Positions 1 to 14,884 of a stretch of DNA of 64,000 nucleotides are shown here, piece after piece. Made by a program: the position numbers and the translations under genes. Source of the DNA: Chrysomallon squamiferum (taxonomy: Eukaryota; Animalia; Mollusca); the NCBI GenBank assembly GCA_012295275.1, contig CM022675.1:3720001-3784000 (forward strand). The letters are read 5' to 3'. The notes below the pieces were generated by a model, which searched no databases, was not told the origin of the DNA, and saw only the letters and a program-made list of their open reading frames with translations. Each line of letters opens with the position of its first letter. Positions within the stretch are counted from its first letter, which is position 1.

Positions 1-661
1 TAAATAGGTTGTACTGGTGTAGATAGCAAATTAAAATCCTTTTCTTGCTTTGTACAGACTCGGGGCAAACTTCAATAATTTTAATAAAGAAACTTTAAAG
101 CAGCAGTTTTTGTATTCACTTATTTTTATTTAAAATGACGTGAGGTCGATTTTGCTGGAGAATTTTTGAAAACTTTTGACAAGCAAGAAAATAGGAATAA
201 AAGAAAAGGATGGAATAAATATTTAATGTACTTGTTTTATGTGTTGCTGTATTATAAAACAAGGCCAAAGTCCAGAATTTTCAAAATGTGGTTCAGGTTA
301 TTGTTTTTTTAGGATAGTAAAACTTAAAAAAAAAAAATTGTTACTTTATGGGGGACTTTTCTCACAATGCTAAGTGAAAGTTTGAAGTGACCAATAGATC
401 AGCAAGAGCCATTTTTTTTTAGCTGAAGTTGATCAACATCCTGGTCAACATTGATAAGATAATATTTTAGACAAGAATGAGTAAAATCATTTTGAGAAAG
501 TAGAAATAAAAAGTGAAATTAAATGGTTTAGACAGAATGCTGAAAATCTACAAATTCTCTCATTCATGAAATTTGAGCTGTAGCTCAAAATGGCTGGCAT
601 TATCACACTTTTATAAAAAAACACAAAAAAAAAACACAAGCAATTTTTTGACAAGAAAACA

Positions 662-768
662 GACATTGCATTTTTGTATCAGCCCGTAGAGCATTGATTG
701 GAATGTGAAATAGCCCAATGGAGATTCTGTTGAACAGGAAAAACCCTGTGACCAACTGAGCTGTAAAC
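662..768 (-). mobile_element. Decayed tRNA-derived SINE head (Meta-domain SINE family)
   Basis: gtagagcattgattggaatgtgaaatagcccaatgg (686-721) resembles, from memory, the reverse-strand mollusc MetaSINE segment gtggagcactggctggaacgagaaatagcccaatgg. Related pieces lie at 41352, 47390 and 57933. Confidence 0.5.
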
Positions 769-1713
769 CTGGAGAAAATAATCTAATTATAAACTAGTAA
801 TCATAGCTTCAATAATGATGTAAAATGTTTACAAGTAGAACTAAGCAAGTTCAGAATAAGAAGATGATGAAAATGTTATTTGGGATACAACAAGAAAGAA
901 TTTAAATTAAATACATTTATTCATGAAAATATTGTAAAATATTTATACAAGGAACACATGTAATAAACAATTTCTTAACAGAGCATTATTCTGAAATATT
1001 TAAATATATGAAAGAGAAAAAATAGATTCTCTGAAAAATGTAAATATGTATATAAAACATTTAGTATAAAAATATTTAACAAGGATCAACAGAATTTTTT
1101 TATTTTATGATTATTATATTTTTTTAAATAATGGAAACTATTCATTTTTTAGAAATACATTTGGTTCTGCAAACAAAAGCTTGATCTTATGAAATTTATT
1201 TCCAGTTTTTTTTGTGTGTGTTATTTAAAACCTAGATTCTAGACAATCTTTAATACTTAAAAAAAAAAAAAAAAAAAAGCTTAAAATCCATGTAAAACAA
1301 AATAACATTTTTGAAATCCAAAGTATGTCTCATCTAAGGCAAAAATGTACTATGTACAATAAACATTAAAGCAAAAAAAAAAAAAAAAAAAAAGATTTTG
1401 AAATTTATACAAATTTTCTCAAAAATATTTGTGTCTGGTCATATTAAAAATCTATAACAAAGATTGGTTGTTTAGAGCCAAACTTTGAATTATACAAACA
1501 TTTACACTATGTGTATCACAGACCTTCTTTAATGGTACCATAAATGTTTTTAAAAACCCCAAAATAAATGTACGTTGGGTGTTTAATGAATATATTAACA
1601 TAAATTATTAACTTAATGAGTAGACAAATAGTGGAATGTTCTACATCTATGGAGAACTGGTATAAAAATATCTTCTATTACAAAATAAATAAATGGAAAA
1701 GGTTAATTTAAAT

Positions 1714-2166
1714 CAGGGGTGGGCATTTTGGCCCGCGAAGGTTTATTGTTTGGCCCGCCAAAGTGTTCACAGTTAACATTGTCATCCAGCTTGTGAGCAG
1801 CAAAATAAGTCAGTGAAATAAAAGTCAGTTGACACAACTATTTTTTTATTCAAGTCACATTCAAGAAGTCGAAGGTGCTAATTGAATCAATAGTGACAGC
1901 ATCCAAATTTTAAATGACTGCTTGTTTCACTCAATTCAAAATACGCAAACTCTGTGACATTCTTCATTTGTCCACATCAATTAACCCTGACACTGAATCA
2001 CTGCTTCATGGTATGCAACATCACCCATCTCATTGACTCTTCTGACATTCGTTAAAAGTGAATTTACTGTTTACATAAAATATACATTTTGAAACCTTTT
2101 TTGTTCTCATTTCATATTCTCATAAGATCCATCTGGCCCCTGTTTTAACAGGATTGTCTGCCCCTG
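1714..2166. mobile_element. Non-autonomous hAT (Charlie-like) MITE
   Basis: Imperfect TIRs CAGGGGTGGGCA (1714) and TGTCTGCCCCTG (ends 2166). 8-bp TSD ATTTAAAT (1706-1713) / ATTTATAT (2167-2174). Subterminal TGGCCCGC motifs. Confidence 0.75.
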
Positions 2167-2402
2167 ATTTATATGTCTGCTGTATGCTACTGTTTTGTTT
2201 GGAAGGCACATTAGTGTCAGTATGTTGTTATTGTTTTTTATAATTTTTATAATATTGTCATAATTATATAGGATAATAATTTCAATTATATTCTTTTTTC
2301 TTCTAATTGATTTACTTTTTTATTACTATTTTTCTTTTTAATCTTTTAAAAATCAATGAACTACAAACTATAAATAAATTTTCTACATGCAAAATAAAAC
2401 GT

Positions 2403-3307
2403 TTAAGTTTTAAGAAGAATTATATTAACGTTGTCATGAACACCTTGAAGTAGCATTTCTCCTTCGTAGCTGATGATTTTCTTTCTCTTTGCTGCCCGAA
2501 GAGTTCCGACAAGGGCTTCAAATATGTTGGCACATCGGTCATCATTGAACAGAACACCAAATGGCACTGAGAAATGACCATCATCATCTGAAAAATCAGT
2601 CACGTTAAAAAAGACTTTACATTAAATTTACACAATTTTAATTACTTGATTTTACATGTGACAGATTTGAAAGTTTATACAGCTTTCAAACATACAGAAA
2701 TTAAAATATTTTATATCTGCATTCACATGTGCAGAATACACATTTTATATTTAATTGCATATGTGTACATCATTTAAAGTATTATTTCTGCATCCACATC
2801 TATAGAACTTGAAATAATGCATACTTACATTTATTTACATGTAGAAAATTAGACATATTTTATATTGCATTCACATACACAGAATTATTCATATTGCATA
2901 AATACTGATGAAAACATTTTGTAATATTTACAAACTTAACAAAAAAAAGTTCATACTGCACATACAAATTGTAACATTTTATACATTTTTTCTTAGGATT
3001 TAAATATTTGATTTTTATTGAATAACTGAATTACATTAATTATATTTTTAACTGACACTTACCTGGTGTGTCATTTGTAAATTTAAAAACTATCATCTAG
3101 TAATTTATTTATGCTGGTATGAACACATGATTTAAAGATTTGTTCTTTAAAAAAAAAAAAATAATAATAATAATTTCCATCTCATTTTTCAAATTTAATT
3201 TTGCCCAAACATAGCACAGCAGATGTGCAGATTTGAACTGACAAACCTTGACTTCCAAGACGTTTTATTTCTTCAATCAGTAGATTCACTTCATGTTCAA
3301 CATTCAT
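2403..3307 (-). CDS. ABRACL: Costars family protein ABRACL (ABRA C-terminal like), 81 aa; coding exons 3307-3247 and 2587-2403
   Basis: Spliced translation MNVEHEVNLLIEEIKRLGSQDDDGHFSVPFGVLFNDDRCANIFEALVGTLRAAKRKKIISYEGEMLLQGVHDNVNIILLKT*. Canonical phase-1 GT..AG intron (3246-2588). Acceptor CAG at 3317-3315; probable non-coding first exon ending at 3974 (AG|GTACGT). Recognisable Costars domain. Confidence 0.96.
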
Positions 3308-4059
3308 TGTAAAACTGAAAATAAAATGAAAATTTTAATAAACATATAAAAGCTGTAGTAACCTAATGAAAATATGAAAACTGAACAAAATTTTTTATTA
3401 TTCACAAAAAATGTTTGACCTCAGAAAAAAGAAAAAAAAAAGAAAAGAAAAAAGAAAAAAAAAAGAACCAAAAAATGAAACTGACTACAGTTCATAATAA
3501 AAAGAATTTTAACACACAACATGTTGGTCAAATAAAGATGGTTAATATACACATACTGACTTAAGATTTTCATCTCTTTTAAAGACATCTTTAGTTTAGG
3601 ACGAATAATGAATTATTATCCCAAACATTACATTGTTATTTTATTTTATTTTATTTTATTATTTTTAGTATACATATATAAATAAAACAAATAATTTGCA
3701 GGCACACCAAAGAAAAATAAATCCTCCATTACAGAGCTTAATTAACTGTTAAAATGTGTTATACATTATACCCATTTAATATGGTACTACCAAAAATATT
3801 TATGAAAAACTTAACTAAATTTATCAAAATAAAAAAAAAAAAAAAAAAAAAAAGATAATAAAAAAACAATAACATTTCATTTCGTTTTCTCTCTGAACAT
3901 TAATATCAAACGAATAAACTAACAAAATGAATAGTAATATACAATAATTATATATAACGTAACTAAAACGTACCTATAATAAAAATATAAATATTGCGAA
4001 AATGATGTTAAATAAATTAAGACTAGAAGAAACTATGGGAAAAAGAACTTAAGTTTTCT

Positions 4060-4150
4060 TTAAGTAACACGCCCACATTTCCCAAACGGAAGTAAATTGT
4101 ATCAATAAACACGTGATACATAACGAGGTTATAGTGCCGAACGTGATTCC
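4060..4150 (-). promoter_or_regulatory. Probable ABRACL promoter
   Basis: Just upstream of the putative first exon. ETS site CGGAAGT at 4087-4093 and E-box CACGTG at 4110-4115. CpG becomes frequent from here on. Confidence 0.45.
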
Positions 4151-4482
4151 GCGAGATCAAGTGAAGCGCTTGGTTTGATCAGTCTACAGAATCCGATCCA
4201 AGAAAATACCATTTGGATTTCCAAGTAGTAGTGTTTCTAACGACAGAAGCATGTTGCAACCTCGAAAGGTGTCATTTACTAAATAATTTAAGTTATCCTG
4301 GGGCACAACTCTAAGAAGCAAGGACTCGGTTTAGCTAAGTAATTGTTTCCCCTCATCAAAAGCGCTTATTACTTGTAACAGAACATCGGTGTATACGTGT
4401 ATTTGACATTCCGCGATTTGTACAAATGGATATTCTTCGAAACCCAGCGAACTAGGTGTCATAAAGACACAACGTTAATTGT

Positions 4483-4535
<53 letters not shown>

Positions 4536-4703
4536 GACGACACCAAACATCCGAAACAACAACAACAACAACAATAATAATAACAAATAATTAAATAAGA
4601 AAATAAGCCATGGAATGAGATAATGAGTATAATTTACGTATTTCGGGGAATGTCTTATCTGTATTTTTAATTTTTTAATTCATTAATGTAGTTTACTCAC
4701 TCA

Positions 4704-4750
<47 letters not shown>

Positions 4751-4932
4751 AAATATCCATTTTGTTATCGTTGATATAACGTAATAGTACATGGTCTCTA
4801 ACATAATTCAGAAGGATGCAGAAGCTACGCTGTATTTAGACCATTTCGTTGTATAAATCACGAAAAGACCACTTTATAATAGTATCTGCTCTGATTTACA
4901 CAAAATTATTTAAATTTTGTTGTGTAAAATTA

Positions 4933-4965
<33 letters not shown>

Positions 4966-6128
4966 ATACTATATATATATATTTATATACATTATTTTTA
5001 TTCCATATTAAATATAAACATATGGTAATATTAGAGTACATAACTGGACTTTTGTATGCGTATGTGCTACAATTTTGTGTTTATGTGAATACATATGCAT
5101 AATGTATGTGTGTGTATGTATTCATATACATTCACATACACATACATAAACAGACATACACACACACATTTACACATACACATATTAACATAAATACGTA
5201 CATATATACAGACGAAACAACATTCTCTGTCACACACAACACATACATATACACATATATACACACACACCACATACATATACACATACACACACACACC
5301 ACATACATATACACACACACACACACACACCATAACATTCTCGCGCACCGACATATACGTAACACTGACACAAACACGCACGCACGCATGCGCACAGATA
5401 CACACACGTCCAGTGCTTACAATACTCTGACGTTATGAAATCTGTATTTTACGTAGTTTGTCTTTGGTGACAGTCTTTCTATCTGCGCTATTACGTATTT
5501 CTGCGCGTGGAACACCGGAAGAGAAGAAGCCATGTGGAGCTTGTAGTGTTTGTCTCACGCGCTTATTTCGTCTGTTTTGGAGACTAAAGAGGCCGCTGCT
5601 ATCGGCTTGAACAAACATTTAGATATTAGACAGCTCTTTGAACTACGTCAGATCGTTCTCATGTACGGCCTCAGAAATCCTCGCTTCAGATAAAAGAAGA
5701 AGAAAAAGAAAGAAAAAAATTCCGTAAAGAAGAAGAAGAAATAATAATAATAATAATAAAAAAAGAAAAGATTGAGAAAAATATGTTGTTAGGAATAAAG
5801 AAGTTTTTTGTTTTATTTAATGTTAAGTGTTCGTGCGTGTGTTATTGTGTGCGTGCGTGCTTGTATGTATGTATTTAAATGTATACACATATGTATGTGT
5901 ATGCATGTGTGTGTGCTTGAATGTATATATATACATGTACGCGAGAGAGAGAGAGAGAGAGAATTTCTACGAATTATTTTATAAATTTACATTTATTACT
6001 TTCGTCCAAATTTTTTGTTTAATGAGATGTGTTAAACACAGTAATGAACGTATAAATTATAGTGAAGTATTATTTACTTTATTTAATTTTCATTCTAATT
6101 ATGTTATTTAACCAATTTAAATAAATAA

Positions 6129-6173
<45 letters not shown>

Positions 6174-6865
6174 GACAAAATTATTGGAAAATCTCATTCT
6201 AATTTAAAAGCTTCTTTTACATTAAAAAAATATATATATAGAAAAAAATATTAAAATCTTTGTCGTTTAAATGAGGCTAAATTATTGCTATATCATTTCT
6301 AATTTAAAAAGAAAGAAAGAAAGAAAAAAAATCTGATTAACAAAGTGAATCGATTGAAATGTCGGTTGTTTGTGATGAGGGCATTTTTATCACAGATCAT
6401 GTCCCGTTGTGATTTATAATAAATCACTTTTGTAATATACATCATTTGTTCTAATCAGTAATAGCATGTGTGTATGTGTGTGTGTGTGTGTGTTTATGGA
6501 TAGAATGTGTATATATGTTTCATATATGTATGTATATATGTATTTGTTTTAGTCAGTTATATTGACGTGTGTTTTAACATTCATGTACACGCATGCTTAA
6601 ACATACACATACGTACATACACGTAATACATATCACGTGTATTATAACCAGTCAGTGTTTTGTATATGTGTGTATTCATGAATATTCATTTATTAACACA
6701 TATACACACACACATCCATACAGACATAGATACAGATCATGAGTGTGTGTGTGTGTTTGTGGATAGACAAATATTTATAATATTATAGATTCAGGGATTT
6801 AATAGATTATAGTGTGAATGCATGAGAAAGTATACATGTATATTTTGTATGAGTGTATTGTATGT

Positions 6866-6911
<46 letters not shown>

Positions 6912-8431
6912 TTATGTGTTTGTGTAAGATTGTGTATATGTGTGTTTTAACAGACAAAACATACGATTTTCATTAATTTTTCATCGTGCATCTCTGTGTG
7001 TGTCTGTGAGTGGGCACATTTGTTTAAGTATGTGTTTAATTGCGTGTGCAGTTATTAATTTTGGTCGGATCACGTGATCATGTCTCGGTTCACAAAATCG
7101 ATTAGTTTTAATAGAAATTATGACATTTTGTTTATAATCGAGGCTGAACCGAAGACGCCATGACGCCGATTAACAGACGGATTTATCTTTTCTCTGACAC
7201 TGGTGGGTTCAGGTTTCAACATTTCTGGATTTAAAAGATCATAGGATAAAGTAACAAACTGACGTCTCCTACATAAAGAGAGAAAGGTTAGGGATGATGT
7301 AAATAATATTGTCAAATTAATTTATATTGCTGAATGAATATTAATTTTTTTTTGGATTTATATAGAATCTTCTGTAATTAATTAACTCCTTAAAACGTAC
7401 GCCAAAAATATTTAGATTTAATAATAGTATCGATATGTTTGAAAAAATCTTAACGTTTTGTTATATATAATTAATTAACTCCTTAAAACTTTATATATAT
7501 ATAATCCAAAGAAACAGTAATAAACGTAATTAATTTATATACGTGAATAAATTTCAATTATTTGTTTGATTTAGAGAATGTTTTGTAATTAATTTATTCT
7601 TAAAACCTATGATACATTAATACTGTTAAATATAAATATATATAACAGCAGGACACCACAGCTTTACAGTGATGATGTTGGTGATGATGATGATGATGAG
7701 TCAAATATACTTTAATTATTTCTTTGTTTCGGGACCTAGTCGTAAGCTATAATTAAATATCTTCCAAAATTAACAATGAAAAGTAGTTTTTCTACGAAAT
7801 ATCAGTAATAGTCTAAATTAGTTTTTGTTGTTAGCTGTATTTTAAGTATGCCTTTAATTCGAAGACTGAATTAAATAATTTAAAATGAAATGTATTAATA
7901 ACACGAGAAGCCCTTTCATTTAATAACTTACGCATAGGATAAATGTAGGAACTCTGCTTCCTAGGATGAAATGCATTATGGGAAAGATTAGTAACAATAT
8001 AAATAAACTGATACAGTTAGCAGAATTTTAAGTATACATTTTGAGTGTTTTTCTGTAATGTATTCGTTGTATAAATCTTCTTCAAGTTAATATTTATGGA
8101 AAATTTATGGAAAATATCAATAACTGATTTAGTTAATGGTATTTCAAAAGTGTGTCTAAATGTGTATCGATTGTTTTTTCTTATAATTACTGTGTGCTAA
8201 AATTAAACATCGTTTTTTACGTAGTGTGTCTTACTGTTTTAAAAAGAGAAAAAAAATCGATAACATTTTAAATTGCTTTATTTAGTTAATTATATCTGAA
8301 ATGATGATTTAAATAACTTTTTACTACTTTCAGTGTAACTCGTTAGTTGTAAGTTAAAATTAAAATCCTCCCACTACTTTGAAGCCAGTTCTAAAATATT
8401 TCTAAATAAATTCAAATATTTAAAGCTATTT

Positions 8432-8522
<91 letters not shown>

Positions 8523-9736
8523 CTACCCCTCCCCTCTGTCTTATACATATTCATTACATGTCACAGCATGTGTTTTTGTAAGTACAGTCATTTTTCCTGC
8601 TGTTTTATGTTGATGGACAAAACATGCCCATCCTAATACTTCATTATCTTTTACGAATGCCGCCAGTCCTATTTTAATAAACTTGTTTATTTACGGTCGT
8701 ATTTATGTCAGAAAAGATATCAGTATTTAGTAAATATGTAAAAATAAATGTGTACTCTTGGCTGATGCGAGAGTCTAACGCGGAGGAGGTAATCAGAGTT
8801 ATAAATATTCATACAGTCTTTTTTTTTGTCTCTATATCGAGATTAATATTTATCACCTATTACAGGTATGCAGTTTTAATAATAGATACCCTATATTTAC
8901 AGTATTAAATTAATTGTTATAATTAGCAATCATCGTTCAAAACGCTAATCTTAACAATTCGTGATAATGTTTTATAGCCTTCTTGAAGACAGCCATGCGT
9001 GTTATTCTTAGTCATTGTCTGGAACGGGAAATCGCCGTAAAGCTGACTTCGTGAGGTTTAGTCAGAGGTTGTTTCGTTGAATTTAATTTAATTTTATTCT
9101 GCGCTATCTCAAACTTTTTTTGTTCGTGTTTTTTAATTTATTATTATTATTAATATTTATTTATTTAATTATTTATGTATTTATTTTTATTTACAAAAAT
9201 CTTCTATTTTTTCTATGACATATCAACGAGATCTTGTACTGTTTACCCAAATCTCGTATATGACGAGATCTCGCAGAGTATCTCAAGGATTCGCATTTAT
9301 GTACAATACTCTGTAAAATAACGTTCAGGGAAAAAAAAAAAAAAAAAATGAATGAAAGAAAGAAAAGGGTAAGAAACAACAACAATAAGGAAAAAACCAC
9401 ATTTGATCTTGTCACAAAACTTCGAAATCTGGCTCTCGAAATGTCGCGGTGTTCTACGAGATCTCGTAAAAAGGAAATCTGTAATTTATTTAACACAATC
9501 CCCTGAATACACATCTTGCAGGAAAGCAAAGCAAAAGAAAAGTGGTATAAATGGGCTTCCGTGGTTAATTAATTACAAGACAACCTTTCACAGGTTTTTA
9601 ACTGTACGAGAAATAAAACAAAACAAAACTAATACAGAAAACATAATTTTTTCTTTTCCCAAGCACATTTTACTTTGCACAGACATTCAAGGCAGGCAAG
9701 GTATTATTTTCGTTATTACTGACATTGTTATTATTA

Positions 9737-9787
<51 letters not shown>

Positions 9788-9946
9788 GCAACAAATGTTG
9801 CTAAAGTGAATACAGTTGCCATGGAAATTGTTACATTGCAATTTTTTACGCGTATTTGCATATTACTGTTAGAATAACAAAAATAATAAAAATGATCCTA
9901 AAATAAACAATTTTAATTTTAACATTCGCAGACGAAAAAACATCAG

Positions 9947-9977
<31 letters not shown>

Positions 9978-10575
9978 TTTTAATGCACTAATTTAAACTA
10001 TAGAAGAAAAAAAAAAAAAAAAAAAAAAAAAACAAAAAAAAACACGAAAGTCTGATACATGGAATTATATACTGAAGTTAAAAACGAGAGTTGAATATCG
10101 GGAAACAAAAGTGCATATGTCCGTGGTCCAGATTGCCGCCAGTCTCCATGGAAACCATTGTCCTCTGGGAAAGACAACACGGGGACATCACGGCGCGTCT
10201 GTCAATCCAGACCATCCTGTTAATTCTTCGAAAACAAAAGGACGAGAAGAGATGAGTAAATCAACAGGGGTACCCCCACAGGTAAATTCAGATAAAATTC
10301 ATACAAAAATAATTGAATCATTTACACTGTCATGTTTTTCATCAGCGGGTATACGCCTCGAAAGGGGAAAACCCTAATTAGTAATTTCCGCACATTCTCG
10401 CTTCTCCAGGCATATTTTGACGCACCAGCAGGGGTTAATAATAATAATCTTTTTTTTTTTTCATATGAACTTATCAAGTTGCTATTTTGACATCAGTTTC
10501 TTGGTGAAGAATCCATTTGAACGGTAGACCGAGAAAAGCTGGCAGTAGAAAATGCTTGGGTTCATTGCAGAAAAC

Positions 10576-10630
10576 TCAGGCTCCTTGAAAATAGCCTGGG
10601 AACTCCAGAGGCGATCTAACGTCATACCAA
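10576..10630 (-). CDS. Probable terminal coding exon of the neuropeptide precursor ((S)WYDVRSPLEFPGYFQGA*)
   Basis: Acceptor ctcgtttCAG ends at 10631. It is phase-compatible with the phase-2 donor at 18563 (AG+T=Ser). TGA at 10578-10576 is followed by unique 3'UTR-like sequence. Pairing across the 7.9-kb intron is inferred. Confidence 0.6.
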
Positions 10631-10681
10631 CTGAAACGAGATTAAATAGTAATAATAATAATAGTAATAATAAAAATAATA

Positions 10682-10717
<36 letters not shown>

Positions 10718-10953
10718 TAATAAGAAGTAATAATAAGATGACATTAAAATAAATAATAATATTAATGCGAATTAGTATGATCATGATGATGGTGACGACG
10801 ATGATGATGATGATACCTTCATTCTGCTTTTTTATTACATTCCTATAGTACTGTGGACTGGAATATATTCATAAGTTAACAAATGTATATGTATGTGTGT
10901 GCATGTGAATGAGAGCTGAAGAGGGACAAAGATAGACATATAGACTGATAGGA

Positions 10954-11061
<108 letters not shown>

Positions 11062-11905
11062 AATAGTTCATAGGAACACAAAAGTTTACATTAACACTAG
11101 CCATATTTTAGCCATAAGTTGGAACTAAAAGCAATAATTTGAAGAATGATGGAGAGACAGAAAAAGGAAAAAAAAAAAAAGACACTGTAATTTCATTTTT
11201 TTTTTTATATTTTATTTTAGCATTGACGTTTAGTAATTGTATCTCCAAAATCATTCCCCCACACTCATCTTAAAACAATATTAACTTTTTATTTGTTACA
11301 AAAAAACCCCATAAACACGCAATACCGGGTTTTGTAAACTCTGCTAATGGTCTAATGATCCATGAAGGATTAGGACACGGGATTCACGGGGCGTTCCGAG
11401 CCCACACGATTCATTTATAATCGTTTGTGAAAATGGTCAGAGGCCGAGCGGAAACGCTCGTAAAGCAATCCTCGCGCCAGACTCTAAAATATCGAGACTA
11501 ACACAAAAGACTTTGAAGAATCGATGACGAATCGTGTCGTAGTCACTCGAGATGGATTGTTTGTCAAGCAGACGCGACCGTGTCTCTTTTCAACACACAA
11601 TTACACGTGTGGGATTTTAATCTTCTACTCACAGCGGTATCACGTGATGCGCATATGGCGTTTTGTTTGATTTAACTTCCCCCACTTCGGTGCGCCTTGT
11701 TTGGATAGTGTTAATGTCTGCGGGAAGACCGGTTCTGAGATAAATTGCGATTTTAAGATAATGGTTTTAAGAACATCTTTTATTCATCGCGTCTTCCGTT
11801 ATAATATGTACTATCTGCCGTCCTGTCCTTTCGTCTGTCTCTCCTTTAACCGTCCTTCATTTCCAGCTCGTTCATATTCATAGCAAGAAATTATGAGAAA
11901 TAATG

Positions 11906-11956
<51 letters not shown>

Positions 11957-12549
11957 GTAATATAACAACAACAACAACAACAACAACAATAAATAAACAA
12001 ATAAATAAATAATGAAAAATGAAGTAAAAGAAGAAGTGAAAACAAAATCCAGGGAAACAAATTATTGTTCTCGCAGTTAATATGTGATATTGCTTCAAAC
12101 CGAATCTGAAGATAAATGTAATTTTAAACCGGATGTCAACTGCCGTGGTGATTGTAAAACCCCGTGAAGTCCCAAACGACCTGTTTCTGTGGTTATTTTA
12201 CTACGAGATTTACTACAACCATTTCTATGTTTTCTGTTATTACTCCAACACTACAGTAGTTACTAGTATGCGGATACGCGGGTCGGGGGTGGGGGTGGGG
12301 TCGTTTCTAAAACGTCTCAATTCAGAAAACGATTTCAACATTTTTCTACAAATTGTGACATACATTTCTACACGATGTCGAAGAAGAAGAAGAAAAAGCC
12401 TAACAACATTCAAATTTTTATAATAAAGAATTATATAATAAATAAAAACAAAAACATTAAAATCGAAATTCAAATTAAAAAGATGCTTCTGCGTGACTTT
12501 TTGTATTTTCATCTCCGTTTCAGTTATAACTAACACACGTTTAATTCAG

Positions 12550-12580
<31 letters not shown>

Positions 12581-13373
12581 CAGAGATGAAGAAACAGATT
12601 GTTAAAAAAGCAAGATGCCTGATTTAAAGTTCAATCTAGTTTGAAGCGGTTCAGTATGAGCAAGAAAACAAGTGAAACACTTTTCATTTCCTTGTAATAA
12701 AAAAATAAACCTCAAGATTAATTTATTAATTACGTTCCGATGAAAGTGTGATAAAAACTCAAAAACTGGACGAGGTTTAGGACACAATTTTGCAAAATTG
12801 CATATGTTTGTATCCACCGAAACATACGTACAAACGCACACACGCACATGCAGTCACACAGAGATTTATGCAAATACGTATTTTTATGCAAACACATACA
12901 TACATATATAGAAAAAAATATAAACCAACCCCCCAAAAAAACAGACCCATACAAACCTTTATTTAAACATACGTACATATATGCATAGTTTCTCTCTTAT
13001 ATTTTTGATATTCATCTCTCTATTTTTCTGTTTATCTGTCTCTCTATTTATTTATTTCTTCACATCGTTCTTTTTTGTCTCTGACTCTCACTTTTTATTT
13101 TTCATTCTTTCTTTTCTTATAAAGGTGAAGTAAATCCAAAATACTGTCTTTAAAGATGGGTGATGCATAATTTCGAGGCGGAAATTGCCACACATTAGAC
13201 TATGACGTCAGTAACATGATGATTGGGATTACCTCAATTTTCTGAAATTAATTTCGTGACTTTCCGTTAGTTTCCGATGGCGATTATTTTTCTTTCTTTC
13301 CTTTTTTTTTTCCATTCCTTTTTTTTTCTTTGTTGTTGCTGGTTTAGAAAAATAAAACTTAAAAGTTCCCGAT

Positions 13374-13432
<59 letters not shown>

Positions 13433-13789
13433 AAAAAAAATAATAACAATGATTTAAAAAATAAAATAAAATAGTGGCATCTTTCGAGCTTTTCCCTGTT
13501 GTAGACAATGTCCCAAAACTTGTTTATCAGTGATAATATTATATGTTTTCTAGTTCATGAGAAGGCTCATATAAAACATCTATATCTGCTAATCAGTGCG
13601 ATTAGCTAATGTTATGACGATCGTGGATTTTTCTTTGACATCATAAGTGAAATAAGCTTTACTAGAAATATAATGTTAGAATTAACATTTAAAAAATTAT
13701 TATTCAACTCAGTTGATTTTATCTTCAGTGTATAAAAGATTGACTCATTTAAAAGTTATCTTGTTAAATATGAACCCGGCAAATTTATT

Positions 13790-13970
13790 TAGATACGCCA
13801 TGCGTAAAGATATTATTTTTATACACGCTGCGTTTTAATACGATATACACAAATCTATATTTTTAAAACGGCATGCGTAAAGCTATTTTGATACGCTATA
13901 TGTGCGTAAATTGGTTTTAGTATCCTGTGCGTAAAAATACGCTTTTGAAACGACGTGCGTAAATCAGTGT
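13790..13970. repeat. Degenerate minisatellite with repeated TGCGTAAA core
   Basis: About five TGCGTAAA copies, each preceded by tttt(g)a(t/a)acg-like sequence. Confidence 0.55.
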
Positions 13971-14695
13971 CCGCGTATGCTAAACGTACATTAGTTATAG
14001 ATCGCTTTTATTTTTTTTTTTTTTTTTTATCGAGGTCGCCCTAACAGTTTTGTTTTAGTTATTATTTTAATTTTATTTCTTTTTCTTTTAAAAGCTCTGT
14101 CATTAGAAGAAAAAAAAAAAAAAAATTTAATTATTCATTTCTGCACCCACACAGATGATTCGTTAGAATGAGATTCATGAGGGCGTTTTTTTATGGGGAC
14201 CCCTGGGAACGATACGTATTTTACCATCAGAGTCCTGAACTTTGCGAAATATCACACTCGTTTATTTATTTATTGCTTTTTAATTTTTTTTTTTTTTGTC
14301 TTTATTTTTTTTATTTTTTATTCTATTTCTTCCTTTCTTCCTTCGTGCTTTCTAATTGTTTTCGTTATCTTTCTTTCATTCATCTATTCATTATTTGTCG
14401 GTTTTTCTTTGTTTTTCGATCTTCTTATTTTTTTCTTTTTTCTTTTTTTCCCCCTTCTTTACTTAATTAATTATTATTATTTTTTAAAACAGTAGAAAGA
14501 GAAACTAATTGACCAGTTTTTCTTTGATTTTTCAATTCATTTACACTCAATAGCAGAGTCATTAATAATTCATCAGTGTCAAACATTTTTACAAAAATAT
14601 CACTGGAGCGTTCTGAGAGTATCTACAGAATATTTTATATACGTACCATGTTTATGATCATTAAAATATGATATAGACATTCATTAACAGTGTTA

Positions 14696-14760
<65 letters not shown>

Positions 14761-14769
14761 TAATAATAA

Positions 14770-14810
<41 letters not shown>

Positions 14811-14884
14811 ATAATAATAATAGTAATAATAATAATTATAAAGAAATTAATAATATATATATATATATATGATTAAAATAGCAA

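Noticed and set aside
4130-4470. Possible 7SK, RNase P/MRP or hammerhead RNA (GATC pairs, small hairpins)
   Set aside because: Diagnostic conserved motifs and a Pol III terminator context are absent.
5433-5690. Unique-sequence 61-aa ORF
   Set aside because: No recognisable domain and no in-frame splice context.
7138-7224. Hairpin CTGAACC/GGTTCAG followed by ACATTT (single H/ACA-like hairpin)
   Set aside because: Intergenic and single-copy, with no H box, partner hairpin or recognisable target.
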